This document shows, piece by piece, positions 14,670 through 22,263 of a DNA stretch of 64,000 nucleotides. The notes below the pieces were generated by a model that ran no database searches, had not been told where the DNA came from, and worked only from the letters and a program-made list of their open reading frames with translations. The translations under genes were made by a program, and so were the position numbers. The stretch is from Asaia bogorensis (GTDB taxonomy: Bacteria; Pseudomonadota; Alphaproteobacteria; Acetobacterales; Acetobacteraceae). Numbering within the stretch: position 1 is the stretch's first letter; each line of letters begins with the position of its first letter. Location of the stretch: NCBI GenBank assembly GCA_945868845.1, contig CAMBMS010000014.1, positions 2,592 to 66,591 on the forward strand, given 5' to 3'.

Positions 14670-14880
14670 ATGCAAGGCGGTCCCGCAAAAGTCGGCGCCT
14701 ATGTCGCCAGGGTCGGCCTCTCCGCCCCGCTCGATCGCGTCGAGCGGGGCGAAAAAACCGTCATCACCCGCCATAACCGATCCGTCGCCCGGTTGATCCC
14801 CGAAGGCCAGGGCCAGAACGTCGCCGCCGCTTACGCCGCCGTTCCCGTGCTGACCCGGCTGCGCGCTCCTCCTCCGCGTG
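14670..14880 (+). pseudogene. Degenerate Phd/YefM-family antitoxin, no toxin partner seen
   Basis: VGAYVARVGLSAPLDRVERGEKTVITRHNRSVARLIP matches the Phd pattern; similarity lost downstream. Confidence 0.7.
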
Positions 14881-15012
14881 GCCGAGGGGGCTGGTCGAGC
14901 GATACGAAACTGGTCACCACGACCCCAACGAAGGCGGGCATGAATATCCCGATATATCTGAACGTCAGGCTCTTATCTTTATACGAGTCAGTGTCCACAG
15001 TTTAGAGCATTT

Positions 15013-15633
15013 TTACCTAGACGGGCACGAGCCCGCGTCCCCAGGCTCCGATTTCACTTCTGGCTGATAAAAATCGGGCCAACGGCGTTGCACGATTTCC
15101 CGTCCGGCACCAAAGGCGTAGCAGCTGTCGATCTGCAGCGGACGCCCTTCTGCGTTGGACCGCTCTAGCTCAGCGTTCCGGATCACAGCCATCGACTGTA
15201 CGGCGGCGGTAGCCATCGGTATTAGTAGTTCCATCAAATGCGTGCAGCTGCGCGCACCGGCCAGACGGGCTCGCACTTCACGGCTCCAGCCACTGCCCAT
15301 GCGTGCGCCAACCATTGCCTGTAACGCGGTGCCGCCGCCCAGGCAGACGGGGAATGGGGTGGAATCCATGAAGCTGGTCACGCTGTGCACCATCATGTGC
15401 TCATCGAAAACCAGCCGCACGCCCATGTCGTGTAAGGGTGTCTCGGCCGGCACTACATTGCCAAAACCTGCCGGCACGTAGTCGGCCGGCTTGCGGTCGG
15501 TCACGCGGCCTTCAACCTCAAACAGCCCATCGCTGCGCTGGTAGCCGCGCATTTCGATGTGGCGGGTATGTAATTCTTCTCTTGTTACCTGGGCACTGCC
15601 AGGGGCGGGCGTGTGGGCGATTTCGTCGGTCAT
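15013..15633 (-). CDS. DUF2889 domain protein
   Basis: REELHTRHIEMRGYQRSDGLFEVEG, HDM, SCTHLMELL, IDSCYA; start uncertain. Confidence 0.8.
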   Translation of the reverse strand: MTDEIAHTPAPGSAQVTREELHTRHIEMRGYQRSDGLFEVEGRVTDRKPADYVPAGFGNVVPAETPLHDMGVRLVFDEHMMVHSVTSFMDSTPFPVCLGGGTALQAMVGARMGSGWSREVRARLAGARSCTHLMELLIPMATAAVQSMAVIRNAELERSNAEGRPLQIDSCYAFGAGREIVQRRWPDFYQPEVKSEPGDAGSCPSR

Positions 15634-15809
15634 GGCACCTAGCTGCATCCATTCGCCGTGACTTTCAAGCATTTTTCGTCGTCAGCCAACTGCCTGGTTC
15701 AATGCATCACGCCCATGGCTAGCGGGGGACGTTGGAAAATCCGTATTCCACTCCGAGTGCATACCCAATTAATGATTTACAAGAACCCGAACGGCGATGA
15801 TGCGCCGTT

Positions 15810-16065
15810 CTTTGTCAGCTTAACTGCCCAATGTAGCAGGCGGAGACTTCGGACGCGGGGATGGTCGGCTTTAGGCCATAAGGGCCTGCCACCCGGCCAT
15901 GGTGGCAGAGCGGGTTGCCGTGTCAGTCTGTCGGCTAATCAGTTGATGCTGTTGGTCGAAGTGACGATGGATGGAGCCATGCACGGCGACGAATTTCTGC
16001 AGCGTCCCCATGCGCCGGAAGCAAAGCATTGGCTGCTCGCGTCGCCGGAATGGCTGGTGAGAGTT
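15810..16065 (-). mobile_element. IS6-family 3' fragment, second copy, inverted relative to the first
   Basis: Minus strand NSHQPFRRREQPMLCFRRMGTLQKFVAVHGSI..FDQQHQLISRQ..WQALMA*; closely similar to ~9385-9520. Confidence 0.85.
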
Positions 16066-16722
16066 TGAACCGCCCTGGGTTTGTTGGAGGCTCCATCTTC
16101 TGAGAAGGTGGAGCGATGATGAGCAAGACGACGAACAAGTATTCCCCTGAGGTTCGTGCCTGGGCGGTGCGGCCGGTGCTGGATCATGTGAACCGGCGGC
16201 TCAAGGTGGCCCGGCCAAATGCGCTGTGGGTCTCTGGCTTCACTTATGTACGGACATAGGTAGGGTTCGTCTATGTCACCTGCGTCATTGATGCCTACGC
16301 CCGTCACATCGTCGGCGGGCAGTTTTCTCGGGCGGTGCATGCGGGCTTCGTGTTGGCTGCTTTCGAGCAGGCCCTGCATGACCGGCGGCCGATCCATCGC
16401 AGCGGACTCATCCATCACAGAAGCCGCGGCGGTCAGTACGTCTCGATCAAATACACCAAGCGTCTGGTAGAAGCTGGTATCGAGCCCTCGGTGGGTAACG
16501 TGGGAGACAGCTGCGATAATGCTCTCGCCGAGACCATTAACGGCCTTTACAAGGCGGAGGTGACTTGGCGGGGTGGACTGGTTCAACCATCGGCGGCTAT
16601 TGGAGCCCATCGGAAGCATCCCGCCCGCCGAAGCCGAAGAACGTTATGATGTCTTGCTAGAATAATAAGCCTTGGCAGCATGACTAAAATAAAACAGCCT
16701 TCAGGAAAACCCGGCCTGCTCA
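16066..16722 (+). mobile_element. Internally deleted IS3-family element (IS51/IS629-like ends)
   Basis: IRL TGAACCGCCCTGGGTTTGTTGGAGGCT, IRR AGCCTTCAGGAAAACCCGGCCTGCTCA; orfA start MSKTTNKYSPEVR joined to orfB RPNALWVS..TYV, IHHRSRGGQY, DNALAETINGLYKAEV. Confidence 0.9.
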
Positions 16723-16778
16723 GATCTTCTCTTGCCGAGCCATCTTCCCCGTTTCGACAATTCCGATGACGGACAGTC

Positions 16779-17111
16779 CTAGGTGACCATCACACGCGCT
16801 GTGGTGTTCACCGTCCGGTCCTGTTCGTCAGTCCAAGTGAAGGTAAATTCCGCAGACGACTCCATGCGTACGAAGATCGTGTGATAGGGATTCGTCGCCG
16901 TTCCATTCCGCAGTTCGGCGGCAAAGATCATGGTGCCGTCGCGGCGGATCTGGAGGCGGTTCAGCATGTTGCGCAGTGGCGCGGCGCTCCCGTCATGGCG
17001 AATGCCGGATTCCATGGTATGCTGCATCAATGTACGAATTTCGATGACCTCGCCTCGCTTCGCGGCGTGGGGGATGCGGATGCGCGGTAGAGAGAGCGGT
17101 ATCGTGCTCAT
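16779..17111 (-). CDS. soxZ: SoxZ-like sulfur carrier subunit
   Basis: GEVIEIRTLMQHTMESG, ATNPY, FTWTD; ATGA overlap with soxY stop. Confidence 0.85.
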   Translation of the reverse strand: MSTIPLSLPRIRIPHAAKRGEVIEIRTLMQHTMESGIRHDGSAAPLRNMLNRLQIRRDGTMIFAAELRNGTATNPYHTIFVRMESSAEFTFTWTDEQDRTVNTTARVMVT

Positions 17112-17569
17112 GCCAGGCATCCTCCAGTCGTCACCTTCAGCGACACAACGGCGCGACGCACCTGGCCATCTGCATGCACGGCCAGCGCGATCACCGCCTG
17201 TTCCTCCGCGATGCGAATACGCGTTTGCACCTCAGCGCGCGCCAGGGCAGGACTAAGGTGGAAGCTCGCGATGCCTGGCGTCGGATTGCGCGTGGCAAAC
17301 AGGTGGATGGCGGCGACGTAGTCAGTTACCGTCATCGGGCTGTCCGCGATGACGATCAGCGGCACCTGGGCGCCATTTTCTGCCGTCCCAGGCAGGCGCA
17401 ACTCCACGCCGCCATCGATGATTGGCGCGTCGCCGATGCGTTCGCGTATGGCGGCCATCAGATCAGCTTCCGTCATGCCGGCTTCGGCGGTGCCTGCGAG
17501 CACTGCCGTCCATGGCAGCGCGAGCAAAGCCACTGTCCCGCGCATTGCATGGCGGCGGCCCAGACGCAT
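17108..17569 (-). CDS. soxY: SoxY-like sulfur carrier, Tat-exported
   Basis: N-terminal RR, AENGAQVPL, NPTP, TRIR, C-terminal KVTTGGCLA. Confidence 0.88.
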   Translation of the reverse strand: MRLGRRHAMRGTVALLALPWTAVLAGTAEAGMTEADLMAAIRERIGDAPIIDGGVELRLPGTAENGAQVPLIVIADSPMTVTDYVAAIHLFATRNPTPGIASFHLSPALARAEVQTRIRIAEEQAVIALAVHADGQVRRAVVSLKVTTGGCLA

Positions 17570-18849
17570 CAGGCGAACATGTCGTATGTGAGAGAACGGT
17601 ACCAGGCATCAGCATTGGTCGATTCCTGCTTGCGCAGATCCGGTAGATCACCACGCTGGGATACGCCGCCAGAATTCGGCACTTCCGCGATCGTTGTGTC
17701 CGTCGGGCGGTAGATACCGACCACGGAGATCCCGTAGTTTGGGCCGACATGGCTGTAGCAGGTGTTGAAATACACTGCTTCTGGGGGTGCTTCGCCCCGC
17801 AGTAGCGCAGCGGCGCTGGCCACTGCCTGTTTAGCGGTATTGGACGCGACATAACCCGATTTCGGCATCGGCGTTCCGTTACAGGCATCACCGATCACAT
17901 GAATGCCGGGCGATGACTTCGCCTCGAACGTCTTGTGATTTACCGGTACCCAGCCGGACGCATCGGCAAGCCCTGCATCCAGGGCGATCTTCGCCGCGGA
18001 CTGTGGCGGAATTACGTTCGCCACCGCCACTCTATGCTTCACGCCGAACTCGCTGATCAGGAGCTTCTCCTTCGCGTCGACCTTTACCACCTTACCGTCT
18101 CTCGCCAGCGGGACCCATTCGATCATGTCGCCGTAAAGTGCCTTCCAGGCATCCTGGAACAGCCCCTGCTTGCTGAATGCGTCCTTTGCGTCCAGCGCCA
18201 GGATCTTGGATTTTGGTTTCGCCTTTTTAAGGTAGTCAGCGATCATGCTGATTCGCTCATACGGCCCGGGCGGGCAGCGGAACGGATTGGCCGGGATCGC
18301 TAGGCCCACCAAGCCGCCATCCGGCATCGCTTCCAGTTGGCGGCGTAGCAGTAAGGTCTGCGCACCGTCGCCTTGAATCCACGCATGCGGCATCTGTTGC
18401 GCGGCCGCCTCGTCATAGCCTTCTAGGGCATCCCACTTGATGGATATGCCAGGGGAGACGATCAGCCTGTCATAGGTTACAACGGTTCCGCTGCGCGTCT
18501 TCACCGTCTTTTTCGTGGCGTCGATCGCCACCACCCAGTCGGGAATCAGCTTGATGCCGTGCTGCTTCAGCCCGTCATAGGAATGGGTGATGTCGGCCAG
18601 CTTGCGCGTACCGGCCAGCACCAGGTTGGAATAGGGACAGGTGATGAATTTCGGTTGAGGCTCGATCATCGTCACGTCCATCCAGGGATAGTTCATGCGT
18701 GCGAAGCGCGCCGCCGTGGCGCCGCCGAACCCGCCACCGATGACAACTAGGCGCGCCTTCGCCTGCTGCGCGTGCAAAATCGATGGGGTTGTAAGAAGCG
18801 AGGCGCCGGAGGCCGCGAAGAGCGCGCGGCGGGACATGATGCGGCTCAT
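17569..18849 (-). CDS. fccB: Flavocytochrome c sulfide dehydrogenase flavoprotein (FccB/SoxF)
   Basis: Tat SRRALF, VIGGGFGG, TCPYSN, PFRCPPGPYER, MPKSGY, NTCYS. Confidence 0.92.
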   Translation of the reverse strand: MSRIMSRRALFAASGASLLTTPSILHAQQAKARLVVIGGGFGGATAARFARMNYPWMDVTMIEPQPKFITCPYSNLVLAGTRKLADITHSYDGLKQHGIKLIPDWVVAIDATKKTVKTRSGTVVTYDRLIVSPGISIKWDALEGYDEAAAQQMPHAWIQGDGAQTLLLRRQLEAMPDGGLVGLAIPANPFRCPPGPYERISMIADYLKKAKPKSKILALDAKDAFSKQGLFQDAWKALYGDMIEWVPLARDGKVVKVDAKEKLLISEFGVKHRVAVANVIPPQSAAKIALDAGLADASGWVPVNHKTFEAKSSPGIHVIGDACNGTPMPKSGYVASNTAKQAVASAAALLRGEAPPEAVYFNTCYSHVGPNYGISVVGIYRPTDTTIAEVPNSGGVSQRGDLPDLRKQESTNADAWYRSLTYDMFA

Positions 18850-19157
18850 CGGCTTGCTCCTGGAGGTTTCTGGGCGGCAAAGAAGGCGGCGACAGCTGCG
18901 ATCTCCGCATCCGTGTAGCCGCGCGCGATGCGGCCCATGATGCTGGCCGGTCTTTCGTTCTTACGGAACGCCTGCATGGATGCTTCGATATCCGCTTTTG
19001 GTCGCCCGGCGAGGGGCGGAATGGGTTGCGATCCCGCGCCGGCTTGGCCGTGGCAACCCACACAGCCCTGCGCGGCTAGCGGCGCTTGCGCCCAGCTCGG
19101 GGCGGACCCAGCGATGAGTAGCGCAGCCCAGGTTGCGGTCAGAGTTCCGTGCCTCAA
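18846..19157 (-). CDS. Monoheme cytochrome c, probable FccA-type partner of FccB
   Basis: Signal peptide, one CVGCH, IMGRIA Met ligand; overlaps fccB start. Confidence 0.88.
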   Translation of the reverse strand: MRHGTLTATWAALLIAGSAPSWAQAPLAAQGCVGCHGQAGAGSQPIPPLAGRPKADIEASMQAFRKNERPASIMGRIARGYTDAEIAAVAAFFAAQKPPGASR

Positions 19158-19366
19158 TGTTCTCTCCCTTTTTTCCGTCGGCCATGTTCCAGCGTTTGGA
19201 GTAACTGAGTTTTTCGCGCCTGAGCGTGCCGAATGATTTCAGCACTTTTTCCGCGCTGTCAAACAGTTGGAAGAATTATTAACCAAACAGATTGGGCGAG
19301 AAAAATTAACTCCTTAGCAGCCGAATGAAGATGAAAAACTTGCGCCCTGCGTCTCATGGTGGGCCG

Positions 19367-20662
19367 TCACTGGCGTGACGAAACCGGCCGATTCATCCCG
19401 AAGACGGGTCGCAACTTCATGCCGAGCAGGTTACCCGCCAGGGCCGGCACGATCCACACCCAGCCATGCAAGCTGCCCGAAGCGGTGCCCGAAATCCATG
19501 CGCTGATATTGCATCCGGATGCGATTACTGCCCCCACCCCCAGTAACAGCCCGCCCACTAGGGAGGCGAGCACATGGCCCGGGCACGGCCACGCCATTCG
19601 CGCTGCCCGATCTGTCAGAGATGCGGCAAACAGCGCGCCCAGCATGAGGCCTAAATCCATCGCCGTAATCCGGTCGCCGCCCAGCGGGCGCAGCAGCGCC
19701 TCGGTCCGTGTTGGATCTTCCCAGTATGCCCAGAAGGCTGGGTCATCCCAGTTCAACGCTTCCACCGCCTTGGCGCCCCACAGGGGAAAGGCCGCGGTGA
19801 TCGCCCAAGGCCGGCCCATCAGCACAAGCGTGGCAAGGTTGAGCAGCGCCAAGCCTGCCGCGCCCCAAAGCAAGGGCCATGGCCCCCAAAGTCGTGATGC
19901 TCCCCCCATCCCGCCCGTCTGCTTATCTTCCCCTTGCTCTGGGCGCCAGCGTAGCGTCGCCACTTGCCCATGACGCGCGCGTTCCAGCGCCTGGACGAGG
20001 GCGTAGAGGCCGCCGATGATAATAAATGTTCCCAACAGTGTCGGCCATAACCCGAATTCGGCCGCGAGCGCGACGGGTGGCAGGGCCGGCAAGCCGTTCC
20101 AGAGTTCCGCGTGCCATGCTGCTAGCGTGGCGCCGATGACAAAGCAGGCGAGTGTCAGCCACATCCGCATGCTGCCCGCGCCAGCGGCGTAGAGCGTGCC
20201 CGAGCCACAGCCACCGCCAAGCTGCATTCCTATACCAAACAGAAATGCTCCGATCAGCGTCGCGACACCCGTTGGAAAAACCAAACCGCGCATGGGCAGC
20301 CCGAATAAACTGTTCCCGGCTACCACCGGCAGGATTAGCAACGTTGTTAGTGCTAGCAATACCAGTTGGGCCCGAAACATCGCGCTCAGCCGTGCGCCCA
20401 ACAATAGCCGGAAGCTGCCAGCGAAGCTGAAGCTGCATTGGAACAGGGTGAGACCAAGGGCGGCCCCGAGCGGCCATGCTATAGCCTGCCACCACCCGGC
20501 ATTCATCGCGGTCCAAACCATGCCGGCCAACAACAGGCCAGTTGCCGCATAGGGGATCAGACGCTGCCGCTTCGAATCTACGCTTGCGCTGCTTGGAGCG
20601 GTCACATCGCCAAGAGTAGGCGCAGGATCGAGTGATTGCTCGTGTTCAGGTTGGGGACACAA
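19367..20662 (-). CDS. YeeE/YedE (SoxT-like) sulfur-compound membrane transporter
   Basis: Multiple TM segments, GMQLGGGCGSGTL, ASGCNISA..SG..SGSLHGW; start uncertain. Confidence 0.9.
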   Translation of the reverse strand: MCPQPEHEQSLDPAPTLGDVTAPSSASVDSKRQRLIPYAATGLLLAGMVWTAMNAGWWQAIAWPLGAALGLTLFQCSFSFAGSFRLLLGARLSAMFRAQLVLLALTTLLILPVVAGNSLFGLPMRGLVFPTGVATLIGAFLFGIGMQLGGGCGSGTLYAAGAGSMRMWLTLACFVIGATLAAWHAELWNGLPALPPVALAAEFGLWPTLLGTFIIIGGLYALVQALERARHGQVATLRWRPEQGEDKQTGGMGGASRLWGPWPLLWGAAGLALLNLATLVLMGRPWAITAAFPLWGAKAVEALNWDDPAFWAYWEDPTRTEALLRPLGGDRITAMDLGLMLGALFAASLTDRAARMAWPCPGHVLASLVGGLLLGVGAVIASGCNISAWISGTASGSLHGWVWIVPALAGNLLGMKLRPVFGMNRPVSSRQ

Positions 20663-20941
20663 AGGGATGCTTTAACCGATTCGCAGATTGCCCGGTAACG
20701 GTCGATATTGATCTGGCCGACGTTGCTGTGACCAGATGTTATGCCAGGGTCTGCTCCCGTTCAAGTTCCGGCCTGACCGCGTCATCCGCCGCCTGTGAGA
20801 CCCCGGCGGCTTTGACAGTAGGCAATTCACGATGGGCCTCATTGCGCAGTGTGCATACGATCACCATAGGCGTTCGGGATCAGCAGAAGGGGTGTGTTTC
20901 ACGACAGACCATATTCCCAGTGCCCTGGCCTGAACCCTATG

Positions 20942-21697
20942 TCAGCCGGCCAGCGCGCCGCCATCGATAGGCAGGATATGGCCGGTGACCTTGTGGGATT
21001 CGTCGCTGGCTAGGTAGAGCGCCGCGTATGCGATATCCATCGGCTCCATGGTGCCGAGTGGGCTGGCTGCGGCGAGGGTGTTGGAGGTGCCGTCCTCCAC
21101 CAGCAAGCGGCGCACGCGGTCGGTGAGGGTGACACCAGGGGCGACGGCGTTGACGCGGATCTTGTGCGGGGCGAATTCCACCGCCATCGAGCGGGTGAGC
21201 GCCGAGATGCCGCCCTTCGCCGCCGTGTAGGCGTCTTTCAGCGGCGTGCCCATTAGGGCGACGATGGAGGAAGCGTTGATAATCGATCCTCCACCCGCTT
21301 TGATCATCTCCGGCACCGCGAAGCGGCAACCGAGGAAGGTGCCGTAGAGATCGAGCTTGATGGCGCGCCAGAATTCCTCCAATGGCGCGGTGGTGGCGGG
21401 GCCATCGGCGGCGGTGGAGCCGCCGGCGTTATTATAGAGCACGTTTAGCTTGCCGAGGCGGGCGACGGTCTGCGCCACGGCGTTCTGTACCGAATCGGGG
21501 TCCGTGACATCGGTACGGATGGTGATGGCCTCGCCACCGATTTCGCGGATTAAGCGGGCGGTTTCATCCCCGGCCGCCTCGTTGATCTCGGCGATGGCGA
21601 TTTGCGCGCCTTCGCGGGCGAACAGCACCGCGCTGGCGCGGCCGATGCCGGTGCCGGCGCCGGTGATCAGCGCCACTTTTCCCTTCAGACGAGCCAT
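20942..21697 (-). CDS. SDR family oxidoreductase
   Basis: TGAGTGIG, NNAG, YTAAKGG; ATG 21697 with RBS. Confidence 0.92.
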   Translation of the reverse strand: MARLKGKVALITGAGTGIGRASAVLFAREGAQIAIAEINEAAGDETARLIREIGGEAITIRTDVTDPDSVQNAVAQTVARLGKLNVLYNNAGGSTAADGPATTAPLEEFWRAIKLDLYGTFLGCRFAVPEMIKAGGGSIINASSIVALMGTPLKDAYTAAKGGISALTRSMAVEFAPHKIRVNAVAPGVTLTDRVRRLLVEDGTSNTLAAASPLGTMEPMDIAYAALYLASDESHKVTGHILPIDGGALAG

Positions 21698-21756
21698 CTT
21701 CTTTTCTCCCAGAGAATAAGGTTGGAGCTTAGGAACCCGGCGGGGGGGCGGCAAGT

Positions 21757-22263
21757 TCACGTGACGCCATGCGCAGCTTCGCGCAACAGCCCCACGACAT
21801 AGGGGAGGAGGGACCGCGCGGTTTCCACGTGGAAACGGTGCGGCAAGATGCGCCAGAGCACGATTTCGGCCTTGCCGAACAAAGTGCGGGTGCAGGCGCC
21901 GGTTGGAAAGACGCTGGGGTGCAGATCGAGCGGGCAACCGGTGTTGAGCGCGGTCGCGGCATGCGGGCCGGATATTTCTAGGCCGGCCTGGCGATGAGAA
22001 ATATCGATCAGGCCCTCGGCAGTGAGGGGATGATTCGCGAGTAGCAGGAATTCATCTGGGCCGAGCCAGAGCGCGTCTATGCCGTTGGTGCTGGCGGCAC
22101 GGCAGGCTGAGCGCGGCAGGCTGAGGCCGAGGGCTGTTTCCAGGGCATCCGCATCGCCGTATGCGATGGCGCGGTAGCGCGGCGGCTGCGCCTGGACAAT
22201 GAGTGGCGGCATGGCGAGGTCCAGCCCATCAAACGGGCTAGCGCGGATGAGGGCCTTAGCCAT
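21757..22263 (-). CDS. soxG: Sarcosine oxidase gamma subunit
   Basis: LWLGPDEFL, GCPLDLHP, TRTLFGKAEI; operon position. Confidence 0.9.
   Translation of the reverse strand: MAKALIRASPFDGLDLAMPPLIVQAQPPRYRAIAYGDADALETALGLSLPRSACRAASTNGIDALWLGPDEFLLLANHPLTAEGLIDISHRQAGLEISGPHAATALNTGCPLDLHPSVFPTGACTRTLFGKAEIVLWRILPHRFHVETARSLLPYVVGLLREAAHGVT

Noticed and set aside
20686..20699. 14-bp GATTGCCCGGTAAC repeated at about 58246
   Set aside because: Only two copies in unrelated contexts (upstream of yeeE, after a stop codon); could be chance
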